A DNA stretch of 64,000 nucleotides from Candidatus Saccharimonadota bacterium (GTDB lineage: Bacteria > Patescibacteriota > Saccharimonadia > QS-5-54-17), in the NCBI GenBank assembly GCA_050486185.1, contig JBJHCT010000002.1:1623-65622 (forward strand). The letters are read 5' to 3'. Of this stretch, positions 47,138 through 56,746 are shown one piece after another. The notes under the pieces were generated by a model. That model was not told the DNA's origin. It searched no databases and saw only the letters and a list, made by a program, of their open reading frames with translations. The position numbers were made by a program, and so were the translations under genes. The first letter of the stretch is position 1. Every line of letters starts with the position of its first letter.

Positions 47138-48814
47138 TTAGGAATGGTGGTTTTTGGCTAGGTGATTGATATGTTCTTGTTTGGCTCGAGCAAACTGCTC
47201 ATGGGCTTTTAGTCCGTGCCTCATGATTTTTTGGCTAATGTTTTTACTGCCCAAGAAATGAGGCATCATAACGTAATGAACTCCCATATCATAAAGTGCG
47301 TCGGCTTCATCGGACTCTTCGGCTTTAGCAATCACTACAGCTTTGGGATTGCACTCTAGAGCGTGCCTAGCCACTAAAGCATTAGTAGCATAATCACTAG
47401 TCGCAGCAATTACCATCTGGGCTGAGTCTAGGGGTAGGTCTTCTAGGAATTCAGCGTCGTTGGCATCACCATACAGGGCCTTGATGTTTTGTTTACTCAT
47501 GGACTCAATAACTTCGGGATCGTAATCTACCACTAGGTATTTTTTACCCAGCTTTTTAAAACTGTCAATCAGTGCGTGGCTACCGGTCTTGTAGCCAAAT
47601 AGTATGACATGATATTTTTCACCACTATCGGCCTTTTCTTTGGTGTTTTTGCGCTCAAATATCTTCAGGGCCGGTTCTAGTAAGTCATATAGTTTATCAG
47701 AGTAAATAATCATATAGGTGCTAACTGCGATAGTGATCATAGCTACTAGAGTCATCATAGAGACGATTTCATCGGTTATAAAGCCTTGCTCCCTGGCAAG
47801 TAGGAGTAATATCAAGGAGAATTCGCTGATCTGAGCTACGGTCAGACCGGCCTTAAAGCCGGTCTTCTTCTTAAACCCTAGAAGCTTCATGATACTCATG
47901 ACGATGATTTGGTTACCTATGAGTACAAAGATAGATAGGGCGATAGCTGGGATAATGCCGGCCCCAATGCTCATAATATCTAACTCAGCACCTAGGATAA
48001 TGAAGAATAGGACTATAAAGAAGTCACGAAGTGGACGCATCTTGGAAGCTACTTCAAAGGCATATGGTGAGCTAGCTAGAGCTACACCGGCAGCTAGTGC
48101 GCCTATCTCAATCGAGAAGCCGATAGCGTAAGCTAGTGAAGCTACACCAAAACCCCAGCCTATAGCAAAGAGGAATAGAAATTCTTGCGATTTTCCTAGG
48201 AATTTCTGTAAGTGAGGCAAGATATATACCGAAATTAAAGCAATTGCTGCTATAAAGGCGACACCTGCTAATATAGTGCTACTCATAGCTTCACCCAAGG
48301 ACTGATCTTGACCCATAGCGGTAACAGCTACAAGAGCCATAACAGCTACGATGTCTTGTACTAGCAAGAAGCCAGTGGCGATTTTGCCATATAGTCTATG
48401 GGTATCTTTACGGTCTGATAATAGTTTAAGGATAATAATAGTGCTGGAAAAACTTAAGCCCGCTGCTATATAGATAGAGTGGTTAGCGCTAAATCCTAAG
48501 GCTTGAGCGATTAGAAAGCCTATACTGGCGGTGAAAAGTATCTGCCCAACACCGGTCATGACGGCAATTTTGCCGACTTCTTTAATAACTCTAGGGTTAA
48601 GCCCTAGGCCGATAATAAACAACAGTAAAGCTATACCCATATGGGAAAATAGCTCTACTGTTTCAGCTGAATGAACTAGATCAAAAACGGTCGGACCGAC
48701 CAATAAACCGGTAATTATGTGACCGATTATCAGTGGCTGTTTCAACAGCTGCATCACGGCCGCTATCAAAGTAGCGACTACAAGAATTAAGCTGATTTCA
48801 AGAAATACGTCCAT
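47138..48814 (-). CDS. Kef-type K+/H+ antiporter (CPA2 plus TrkA-N/RCK domain)
   Basis: LLFIIGL, FSSTII, GFLLVQDI, PLRDFF and AQISEFS, then a C-terminal Rossmann domain (VVDYDP, YGDA). Confidence 0.92.
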   Translation of the reverse strand: MDVFLEISLILVVATLIAAVMQLLKQPLIIGHIITGLLVGPTVFDLVHSAETVELFSHMGIALLLFIIGLGLNPRVIKEVGKIAVMTGVGQILFTASIGFLIAQALGFSANHSIYIAAGLSFSSTIIILKLLSDRKDTHRLYGKIATGFLLVQDIVAVMALVAVTAMGQDQSLGEAMSSTILAGVAFIAAIALISVYILPHLQKFLGKSQEFLFLFAIGWGFGVASLAYAIGFSIEIGALAAGVALASSPYAFEVASKMRPLRDFFIVLFFIILGAELDIMSIGAGIIPAIALSIFVLIGNQIIVMSIMKLLGFKKKTGFKAGLTVAQISEFSLILLLLAREQGFITDEIVSMMTLVAMITIAVSTYMIIYSDKLYDLLEPALKIFERKNTKEKADSGEKYHVILFGYKTGSHALIDSFKKLGKKYLVVDYDPEVIESMSKQNIKALYGDANDAEFLEDLPLDSAQMVIAATSDYATNALVARHALECNPKAVVIAKAEESDEADALYDMGVHYVMMPHFLGSKNISQKIMRHGLKAHEQFARAKQEHINHLAKNHHS

Positions 48815-48918
48815 AAAAAAGTTTTAACTCAATCTAAATAGCCCAGGAAGTTTAGATGTGATTTGTTACTATCTATTTTTAACGCCTGAGCTTAAAAAAT
48901 CGATAAAACTCTGCTCCT

Positions 48919-48987
48919 TTAAGCAGGAACAGCTACTTTAATTTCGATCTTTTGAGTAGTTGAGTATTGATTGATAGTGATAGCCAT
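48919..48987 (-). CDS. 22-aa small ORF (MAITINQYSTTQKIEIKVAVPA), candidate leader peptide
   Basis: AAGGAG SD 6 nt upstream of the ATG. Lies between a promoter-like sequence and the Kef-type gene. Below the ORF-track cutoff. Confidence 0.55.
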   Translation of the reverse strand: MAITINQYSTTQKIEIKVAVPA

Positions 48988-49127
48988 TTTTGACTCCTTT
49001 TTGTTTTTTAACATAGACCAAGACACCGTCAACTTGTTTCAAAGGTGACTATTATTCTAGATTATGTCTGTTTTGTTAATTTTTTATTTTTGCTTGCCAA
49101 GAAACTAGTCTTGGTAACCATGTCACT

Positions 49128-49157
49128 AGTATGTCGCAAAAGCACAAGCTTTGTCAA
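49128..49157 (-). promoter_or_regulatory. Sigma70-type promoter upstream of the small ORF and Kef-type gene
   Basis: TTGACA-18 nt-CATACT on the minus strand. The spacer contains GCTTGTGCT. Confidence 0.55.
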
Positions 49158-49175
49158 CTCTGATACACTATAATT

Positions 49176-50537
49176 ATGTTTATTAACCTGCCCAAGGACA
49201 AACTACAAAAGAGTTTGGGCTTACTCACGCTATGTGTTATTGGTGTAGGCGGTACAGTTGGCGGCGGCATTTTTGTATTACTTAGCCCAGGAGCTGCCGT
49301 AGCAGGAGATTTCTTGCCGCTATCGTTTATCTTAGGTGGAGTATTGGCCTTTATGGGGGCATTGCTTTATGCCGAATTAGGTACAACTATACCTAGATCG
49401 GGTTCAAGTATAGAACTAGTATTTTCTACTACCAGGCATAAGTACTATCCCTTCATATTCTCCTGGCTAGTACTCCTAGGCGACGTTAGTTACTTAGTAA
49501 TTAATGCTTTGGGCCTAGCTTTTTATGCCAACTTCTTCATCAGTATCAACCCACTGATAATTGCTTTGGTCGGATTGATTCTTGTTGGTTTACTCAATCT
49601 TTTGGGCGCTTCAACCACGGGTCGTGGCGAAGTCTTTACCGAAACAACCTTGGTTTTCTTGCTGCTGAGTTTCGTAGCCTTAGCTCTAGTTGGTTCAGAT
49701 ACATATGCTCCTGGTGAGTTTATCTCTCAAGTACCTCTCAATCTACTGCCTATAATCGCTGGTACTGCCATAGTCTTTACCGCTTTTGTTGGTTATGAAT
49801 ATATCGCCTCGGTTGCTGGTGAAGCTAAAGATCCAGGCAAAAACATCCCTAAAGCTTTGATGATTACTATAGTGGTAGCTACAGTGATATTTGCATCTGT
49901 ATCGTATGCAGCTCTTAAGCTAGTATCACCCAGCAGTTTAGCTGAAGCTGATGCACCCCTGCTCCTAGCTGCTGAACAGCTGGGAGCTGTTGGTATGTGG
50001 ATTGTTCTACCAGCCGCCATTATGGCTACAACTGGTTCCTTAATAGCGGCTACTTTAGTATCCTCCAGGAGACTGTATGCCTTGTCTCGTCAAGGCTACA
50101 TGCGATCAGTATTTTCTAAAGTCAATAAGTTTGATGTACCCCATAGATCGATTTTAGGAGTATTAATCCTAGCAGTATTCTTGCTACTTACTAATTCGGT
50201 AGCCTTCACCGCCTATATCGGCAACACGGTTTATTTAATAGTGCTAATTACTATCGCCATATCACTGCTTAAATTCCGCAAACAAAGACCGTATCTAAAC
50301 AGGCCTTTTAAAGCACCATTCTTCCCCTGGATGCCGATGTTTGTAGTGGCTCTAGCAGGGTCAATACTGCTATTTGTCGATAAAATTTCAGTAGCTGTTA
50401 CTGCTTTGTGGATAATACTGGGTTACTTTGTGTATCTAGCTACACGCATATCCCAACCGAAACTGTATTACGGTATGTGGGGCGGGGTAGTGTTCTTGCT
50501 ACTAGTAGGCTTCTTAGGTATTTTATACCTACTCTAG
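49176..50537 (+). CDS. APC family amino acid permease
   Basis: GGTVGGGIF, YAELGT..PRSG, FVGYE...GEAKDPGKNIPKA and RPFKAP. Confidence 0.93.
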   Translation: MFINLPKDKLQKSLGLLTLCVIGVGGTVGGGIFVLLSPGAAVAGDFLPLSFILGGVLAFMGALLYAELGTTIPRSGSSIELVFSTTRHKYYPFIFSWLVLLGDVSYLVINALGLAFYANFFISINPLIIALVGLILVGLLNLLGASTTGRGEVFTETTLVFLLLSFVALALVGSDTYAPGEFISQVPLNLLPIIAGTAIVFTAFVGYEYIASVAGEAKDPGKNIPKALMITIVVATVIFASVSYAALKLVSPSSLAEADAPLLLAAEQLGAVGMWIVLPAAIMATTGSLIAATLVSSRRLYALSRQGYMRSVFSKVNKFDVPHRSILGVLILAVFLLLTNSVAFTAYIGNTVYLIVLITIAISLLKFRKQRPYLNRPFKAPFFPWMPMFVVALAGSILLFVDKISVAVTALWIILGYFVYLATRISQPKLYYGMWGGVVFLLLVGFLGILYLL

Positions 50538-51038
50538 AATCAATAAAATACCGGCAAAGACAGTTAGTAGGCCGTAAACTAGACCTAGAGCCGCTATGTA
50601 GTTTCGTATCTCAGGGGCAGTGACTAGATCTGTAAATCCAGTGATTAATCCAGCCGCAGCAACTAGCAATAAAAACCCACCTAAAATACAAGCTCCACCA
50701 ACGACTGGCCTTAGTCTGTGGTTATTGGCGATATCATACATTTTCGAGACTGTCTCCTCGGCTTTTTCGGTTTCTTTTTCTACTTCTTTGAGCAACTTAT
50801 TAACATCTTCTTGATCTGTCAACGTACCGGCATAGTTATGTAGTGCGGTAGTTTTAATAGCTTCATTCGTTCTAACTTCACTGCGGATTTTATCCCAGTC
50901 AGCTTCTTCAGAAAACTGCTGATCATAATTAGCATTGAGCCAGCTAGTAAAATCCTTTTTAGCAGCGTTATTAGCGATGAATTCTAGTACTAATGAACGC
51001 TCTTTTTGTTTATCTGTGTTGGTGTGATTATTATTCAT
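50529..51038 (-). CDS. Hypothetical protein with two C-terminal TM helices
   Basis: Coiled N-terminus and two TM helices. The start was set to ATG 51038, 7 nt after TGaTACAAT. Confidence 0.65.
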   Translation of the reverse strand: MNNNHTNTDKQKERSLVLEFIANNAAKKDFTSWLNANYDQQFSEEADWDKIRSEVRTNEAIKTTALHNYAGTLTDQEDVNKLLKEVEKETEKAEETVSKMYDIANNHRLRPVVGGACILGGFLLLVAAAGLITGFTDLVTAPEIRNYIAALGLVYGLLTVFAGILLILE

Positions 51039-51136
51039 GAGCCCCATTGTATCATAACTGTTTTAGGTTGCTGTCTTTGCTAGTTTAACCTGATACCTAT
51101 TTGCCAATCTTAGCAATATCGTTGATACTAGAATAG

Positions 51137-52495
51137 ATGAAATATATGAGTATCAATCAAACTCCTGAATCTCTCGGTCAAGAAGTAACTGTCTGTGGCT
51201 GGGTGCATAGCATTCGAGATATGGGCAAAATGGCCTTTATAGACTTACGAGATCCTAGTGGTCTTCTGCAGATAGTTATCTCTAGCGACGAACTACCTAA
51301 AGTAGGCCCAGAGTGGGTAGTAGAGGTTACTGGCGAGGTTAAAGCTAGGGGTGAGAAGTTTATTAACCCCAATCTTGAAACTGGCAAAATCGAACTTAAA
51401 GCTAGTGATATTAAAGTAGTTAATAAATCAGAAGAACTACCCATAGAGATCAAGAAAGATACCATTAGTATTAACGAAGAAGTTAGGCTCAAGTATCGCT
51501 ACTTAGATATGCGCTCAGAACGGATGAGCAAAAACCTCAAGCTTAGACATAAAAGCCTGCAATTTATCAGAAACTACCTATCAAACAATGACTTTTTAGA
51601 GATAGATACACCAATGCTAACTAAAGGTACTCCAGAAGGTGCTAGGGAATATATCGTGCCTTCAAGGCTGCACAGTGGTAAGTTCTATGTACTACCTCAA
51701 TCACCACAGCAGTTTAAACAGCTGTTGATGGTGGCAGGAGTCGGTAAATACTTCCAGATTGCTAAGTGCTTGCGTGATGAAGATCAAAGAGGTGATCGGC
51801 AGCCTGAGTTTACTCAAATCGATATAGAGATGTCGTTTGTGGCAAGAGATGACGTATTAGAGACTAACGAAGCGATGATGCGCGAGCTAGTTAAACAGGT
51901 TGCATCCGAGAAAAAGATCAGTGTTGACTTCAAACAGCTAAGTTACGATGAGGCTGTGGAAAAATATGGCACTGATAAGCCGGATTTGAGAAAAGATCCT
52001 AACGACCCTAATGAACTAGCTTTTGTCTGGATTACTGACTTTCCTATGTTTGAAGAAAAAGAAGGTAGATTAGAGGCTATGCACCACCCCTTCACAGCTC
52101 CACTAGTAGAAGATATCGATAAGCTAGAGAGTAAGCCTAAGGAAGTTAGAGCTGATGCCTATGATTTGGTATTAAATGGTTTTGAAATAGCTGGTGGATC
52201 GATGAGAATTAGTGATTCTAACTTGCAGCATAAAGTATTTGAGCTGCTTGAGTTAGATGAGCAAGAGATTGATAGGCGATTTGGGCATATACTAGAAGCC
52301 TTTAAATACGGCACTCCACCACATGGCGGTATAGCCTATGGATTCGATAGATTATTAATGATACTAGCTGGAGAACCTAACATCCGTGAAGTCATGGCTT
52401 TTCCAAAAACTGGCGATGGCCGCGATCCATTAACTGGAGCTCCTACTGAACTAGATGAGTCGATCCTCAAAGAAGCTAATATTAAGAATATCTAA
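51137..52495 (+). CDS. aspS: Aspartate--tRNA ligase, bacterial type without the GAD insertion
   Basis: OB domain, RLKYRYLD, PEGAREY, LPQSPQ.FKQLLM, RQPEFTQ and PPHGGIAYGFDRL. Only 452 aa. Confidence 0.96.
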   Translation: MKYMSINQTPESLGQEVTVCGWVHSIRDMGKMAFIDLRDPSGLLQIVISSDELPKVGPEWVVEVTGEVKARGEKFINPNLETGKIELKASDIKVVNKSEELPIEIKKDTISINEEVRLKYRYLDMRSERMSKNLKLRHKSLQFIRNYLSNNDFLEIDTPMLTKGTPEGAREYIVPSRLHSGKFYVLPQSPQQFKQLLMVAGVGKYFQIAKCLRDEDQRGDRQPEFTQIDIEMSFVARDDVLETNEAMMRELVKQVASEKKISVDFKQLSYDEAVEKYGTDKPDLRKDPNDPNELAFVWITDFPMFEEKEGRLEAMHHPFTAPLVEDIDKLESKPKEVRADAYDLVLNGFEIAGGSMRISDSNLQHKVFELLELDEQEIDRRFGHILEAFKYGTPPHGGIAYGFDRLLMILAGEPNIREVMAFPKTGDGRDPLTGAPTELDESILKEANIKNI

Positions 52496-52517
52496 GAGTC
52501 AGGGAAGGAATATCTGA

Positions 52518-53246
52518 ATGTCTGGTCACTCAAAATGGCACTCTATCAAACACAAAAAAGGCGCCGCCGATGCTAAGCGAGGCAAAGAGTTTACCAAGCT
52601 AGGTAACGCCATTGCTATCGCTGCTCGAGATGGATCAGATCCTGAGATTAATTTCCGTCTGCGCCTAGCTATAGATAAAGCTAGAGTTGCTAATATGCCC
52701 AATGCCAATATCGACAAAGCAGTAGCTCGTGGTAGCGGTCAACTAGAAGGTGAACAGATTCAAGAAATTATCTATGAAGGTTACGGCCCAGGCGGCATAG
52801 CTGTGATTGTCGAGGCGGCTACCGATAATAAGAACAGAGCCTATTCAGATATCCGTACCGCTTTTTCTAAAAATGGCGGCAATATCGCCGAATCAGGCGC
52901 CGTAGCTTATCAGTTCGATAGAAGAGGCATTATCGTATTAGAGACTGGCGACATGGATGAAGCTACTTTAGTTGCTATCGATGCTGGAGCTGTTGATGTT
53001 GAAGAGGGAGAAGATGTCTTAACTGTCTACACCGAAGCTAAGGAACTAGCCAAGGTTACTAAAACCTTGGGTGAGAGTTACAAAATTAACTCATCTGAGC
53101 TGGGCTACGTACCACAAAGTACAATTATGCTAGATGATAAATCTACGTCTATGAAGGCTATTAACTTGATGAATGCTTTAGAAGAGTTAGATGATGTAGC
53201 TAACACTTACAGCAATTTCGATATAGCAGATGATGTAGAGATATAG
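52518..53246 (+). CDS. yebC: YebC/PmpR family protein
   Basis: MSGHSKW..IKHKK, YEGYGPGG, TDNKNR and LEELDDV...YSN. Confidence 0.96.
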   Translation: MSGHSKWHSIKHKKGAADAKRGKEFTKLGNAIAIAARDGSDPEINFRLRLAIDKARVANMPNANIDKAVARGSGQLEGEQIQEIIYEGYGPGGIAVIVEAATDNKNRAYSDIRTAFSKNGGNIAESGAVAYQFDRRGIIVLETGDMDEATLVAIDAGAVDVEEGEDVLTVYTEAKELAKVTKTLGESYKINSSELGYVPQSTIMLDDKSTSMKAINLMNALEELDDVANTYSNFDIADDVEI

Positions 53247-53258
53247 GGGTATTTTAGC

Positions 53259-53729
53259 GTGGTGAGAATTTTCGGCATAGACCCAGGTACAGCTATTACC
53301 GGTTTTGGAGTGGTGGATGTTGACGGCGATAATTTTAAATTTGTCGATGCTGGGGTGATTCGCACCCCCGCCAAACAAGCATTAGAGCTGAGACTCGAGA
53401 CTATATATGCAGATTTAAGTGAGCTTATTAAGCAACACAGCCCTAAATTCGTAGCCATAGAGAACCTCTATTTCGCTAGTAACGTTAAAACTGCCATGTC
53501 GGTGGCTCAGGCTAGGGGAGTAGCTATGTTAGCTACTATGCATGCTGGAGCGGAAGTAGTAGAGTATACCCCTCTGCAGGTTAAACAAGCTATAACCGGG
53601 TATGGCAAGGCAGAGAAGAGGCAGATGCAAGAAATGGTCAAGGTGTTACTTAGTATGAATGACATTCCAAAGCCTGATGATGCGGCCGATGCCCTAGCAC
53701 TTGCTATATGTCATGGGCAGAGTCTATAG
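53259..53729 (+). CDS. ruvC: Holliday junction resolvase
   Basis: GIDPG, AIE, QARGV, EYTP.QVK and DDAADALALAICH. Confidence 0.97.
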   Translation: MVRIFGIDPGTAITGFGVVDVDGDNFKFVDAGVIRTPAKQALELRLETIYADLSELIKQHSPKFVAIENLYFASNVKTAMSVAQARGVAMLATMHAGAEVVEYTPLQVKQAITGYGKAEKRQMQEMVKVLLSMNDIPKPDDAADALALAICHGQSL

Positions 53730-53750
53730 CCTACCTGTATAATACTAACT

Positions 53751-54311
53751 ATGATTGCAACCATATCAGGAGTAGTAAGCGAGAAACTAGAGGCTTCAGT
53801 AGTAGTTGAAGCCAATGGAGTCGGCTACCTACTAGCTGTTTCAGCTAGTGACTACCAATCACTAGAAGTAGATAGTGAGACTCGCCTGTATGTTTATGAG
53901 GTTATTAGAGAAGATGCTTACGATCTGTATGGTTTCTTAGAGTCGATCGGCAAGATCATCTTCAAACAGCTCTTGAGTGTATCTGGAGTTGGTCCTAAAG
54001 CCGCTATAGCTATCCTATCTATCGCCTCGATCGATAAAGTTCAAGAAGCCATAGCAGTAGGAGATATAAGTTTCTTGCAGTCTGCTGATGGTGTAGGTAA
54101 GCGTACAGCCGAGAGGATTGCCGTTGAGCTAAAAGATAAAGTCATAGCAGATACTTATGCTGGCTCAAGTAGTACTACTTCAGATACAGCTATCGAAGCT
54201 TTGGAATCTTTGGGCTATTCACGTAGTGTGGCCTTAAAGGCACTATCTAAGGTACCTAAAGACCTAAGCGATGAGGAGAGAATTAAACAAGCCCTAGGAG
54301 AGATGAAGTGA
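53751..54311 (+). CDS. ruvA: Holliday junction DNA helicase subunit A
   Basis: [31 protein letters not shown] and ALESLGY. Confidence 0.97.
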   Translation: MIATISGVVSEKLEASVVVEANGVGYLLAVSASDYQSLEVDSETRLYVYEVIREDAYDLYGFLESIGKIIFKQLLSVSGVGPKAAIAILSIASIDKVQEAIAVGDISFLQSADGVGKRTAERIAVELKDKVIADTYAGSSSTTSDTAIEALESLGYSRSVALKALSKVPKDLSDEERIKQALGEMK

Positions 54312-55342
54312 TAGATCGAGTAGTTGATGCAAAGCCTAAAAGCCAAGATGATGATGAGGATATTCAGCTTGAGAGTTTGCGGCCTAATGTATTTGATGAG
54401 TATGTTGGCCAAGAGCAAGCCAAACGTAACCTCAAACTAGCTATCAAAGCTTCAAAGAAGCGAGGTGAGGCTATCGATCATGTCTTGCTTCATGGCCCTC
54501 CAGGCTTAGGTAAAACTACTCTAGCTGGAGTGATTGCACATGAGATGGGGTCGAGCTTTCGTATTACCTCTGGTCCAGCTATAGAACGGGCCGGTGATCT
54601 AGCCTCATTATTAACTAGTCTCAAAGACGGCGATATCTTATTCATTGATGAGATCCACAGACTACCTAGAACCGTAGAAGAGGTTTTGTATCCAGCTATG
54701 GAGGATTTTCGCCTAGATATTATGATAGGCAAGGGTCCGTCGGCTAGATCTTTACGTCTTGACTTGCCAAGATTCACTATTATCGGTGCTACTACTAGGG
54801 TTGGATCTCTATCGGCACCTTTGCGTGATCGTTTCGGTATGGTCCATAGACTAGAATTTTATTCTCATGATGAGATGATAGAGATTCTCAAACGCTCAGC
54901 TCGCATAATCGAGATGGAACTAGAAGCTAGTGCTGCTTTAGAGATAGCTAGACGCTCAAGGCTGACTCCCAGGGTGGCTAATCGCCTGTTGCGCAGAGTT
55001 AGAGATTTAGCAGAGGTTGAGGGTGATGGTAGAGCTACGCATAGCACAACCAAGGATGCGCTGGCGATGTTAGAGATAGATGAACTGGGCCTAGATGCGG
55101 GCGATAGAGGTCTTTTAAGCGCAATCATCGAGAGTTATAGTGGCGGTCCGGTCGGAATCGATACTATAGCTGCTTTAATTAGCGAGGAACGTTCTACTAT
55201 TGAAGATGTCTATGAGCCGTATTTGATGCAGATAGGGTTCTTGGAGCGTACCCCTAGAGGTAGGAAAGTCAGTCCCAAAGCCTATGAACATCTAGGCTAC
55301 GAATCAAAAACAGCCAAAGATAACGAGCAGCAGCTACTATAG
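54308..55342 (+). CDS. ruvB: Holliday junction DNA helicase subunit B
   Basis: [36 protein letters not shown] and RTPRGR. Confidence 0.98.
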   Translation: MIDRVVDAKPKSQDDDEDIQLESLRPNVFDEYVGQEQAKRNLKLAIKASKKRGEAIDHVLLHGPPGLGKTTLAGVIAHEMGSSFRITSGPAIERAGDLASLLTSLKDGDILFIDEIHRLPRTVEEVLYPAMEDFRLDIMIGKGPSARSLRLDLPRFTIIGATTRVGSLSAPLRDRFGMVHRLEFYSHDEMIEILKRSARIIEMELEASAALEIARRSRLTPRVANRLLRRVRDLAEVEGDGRATHSTTKDALAMLEIDELGLDAGDRGLLSAIIESYSGGPVGIDTIAALISEERSTIEDVYEPYLMQIGFLERTPRGRKVSPKAYEHLGYESKTAKDNEQQLL

Positions 55343-55347
55343 TTTCT

Positions 55348-55656
55348 TTAAGGGCTAAAAGGATCCTGAGTACCTAAGTCTCCCAAAGACTCATCGACAT
55401 TAACCTCTACTAGATTGTCTATTTTATCTCTTAATTCCTCATCTACATTAATACCGATTTGCTGGCTTTCAAATAGTTGCTCCAAGCGTCGGTTTTCATC
55501 GATAACTGGGTTGCTAATTGGTCTAATCTTGATCAACGTATAGCCAAACAGTACCAGAATAAGCAACCAAATAGCTATTAAGCGGTAGCGAGATATAAAT
55601 CTAATACCTTTCTTGGCTGTTAGTAGTAGTTGGTCTTTATCAGGTAATAACTTCAT
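55348..55656 (-). CDS. Small single-TM protein in the pilP position (locus B)
   Basis: Overlaps the pilO stop, has one TM helix and ends GTQDPFSP. Confidence 0.75.
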   Translation of the reverse strand: MKLLPDKDQLLLTAKKGIRFISRYRLIAIWLLILVLFGYTLIKIRPISNPVIDENRRLEQLFESQQIGINVDEELRDKIDNLVEVNVDESLGDLGTQDPFSP

Positions 55657-56210
55657 GGCTTCAAAAATACCTCTAAATTAATACTAAACTGCAGTCCACT
55701 GCCAGATCTTGATATGTTTAGGTTACTTATCTGCATATGCCTCTTATTATTTTCAAGAGCCTCTAAAAGCTGAATAAATTCTTGGTATGAGCTTACGATC
55801 TGGAATCTAACCGGCATTATTCTCACATTAGGTATGCTAGAAGTTAGGGTTTGACTAATTTCACCGGGTCTGCCGCTCGTTGATTCAAAACTCAAACCTC
55901 TTAATTCAAGCCCGACACTACTGACTATAGCCTGTAGCTGTAGGGCTACTTTGGCCTGTTCTTTTTCTTCTGGTAGTATCTTGTACACACTGTCTCGTAG
56001 ATCAGCCAACTCAGCGTATTCTTGCTCGAGTTGCTCTAAGCTAGTCAACCTTTCGTTGATTACCGATATATCAGTCATTAGTACTGATAGATTATCGGCT
56101 TTACCAGCTAAAGCCCTATGACTCATCCAGAAGCCAACCAGTCCAACCATAATTACTAAGCTCACAATAGTCACGAGAGTGATGAAGAGTTGTTTGGGGG
56201 TGATATTCAT
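55653..56210 (-). CDS. pilO: PilO family protein (locus B)
   Basis: TM helix, coiled coil, ILP and SYQEFIQLLEALENNKR. Confidence 0.85.
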   Translation of the reverse strand: MNITPKQLFITLVTIVSLVIMVGLVGFWMSHRALAGKADNLSVLMTDISVINERLTSLEQLEQEYAELADLRDSVYKILPEEKEQAKVALQLQAIVSSVGLELRGLSFESTSGRPGEISQTLTSSIPNVRIMPVRFQIVSSYQEFIQLLEALENNKRHMQISNLNISRSGSGLQFSINLEVFLKP

Positions 56211-56746
56211 CTGGCTGCTCCCTCACTAAATTTCATAACTACCTCTACGTTATATCCATTTGAACCGGCAGAAATGGATTGAGTGTCAACAGATTCAATA
56301 CGGGCGCTACTGCTTAGAGCTTCTTGAAGCAGGCTGGCTTGATTGAACGATCTAGTGGTAACAGTAATCCTGACAGGCTGATCATCCTGGCCAGTTAGTA
56401 CGATGCTGTTTATGTAGGCATCAGGCGGCAAGGTATCGGCTAGATCCTCTAACAAGGCGCTAAACCTGGTCTGCTGAGACATCAGCTGATCAATGGTATT
56501 AAGCCGATTATTCAACGAGGAGACATTAGTTTCTAAATCCTGGTAGCTATTTAGTTGCTGCTGTGATCTGGCTAATGACTGAGAATACTCCTCGATCTGC
56601 CTATCGGCAAAAACGTGAGCAGTGTATAGGGTTGCTGCTAGAAGCAGTGATAGGCCGACAATTAATATTAGTAGCCGCAACAAAAGAATGTTATGTTTGG
56701 AAAACTTAACCTGATCTTTTAACTCTGGAGGCAGCAAGTTAATCAT
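56207..56746 (-). CDS. pilN: PilN family protein (locus B)
   Basis: MINLLPP, TM helix, coiled coil and LADTLPPDAYI. Confidence 0.9.
   Translation of the reverse strand: MINLLPPELKDQVKFSKHNILLLRLLILIVGLSLLLAATLYTAHVFADRQIEEYSQSLARSQQQLNSYQDLETNVSSLNNRLNTIDQLMSQQTRFSALLEDLADTLPPDAYINSIVLTGQDDQPVRITVTTRSFNQASLLQEALSSSARIESVDTQSISAGSNGYNVEVVMKFSEGAAR

Noticed and set aside
48815-49120. Known c-di-AMP (ydaO) riboswitch or tmRNA upstream of the K+ transporter
   Set aside because: I could not find their consensus elements by eye. The region is AT-rich and has an SD-led ORF instead. An Rfam search is still needed.
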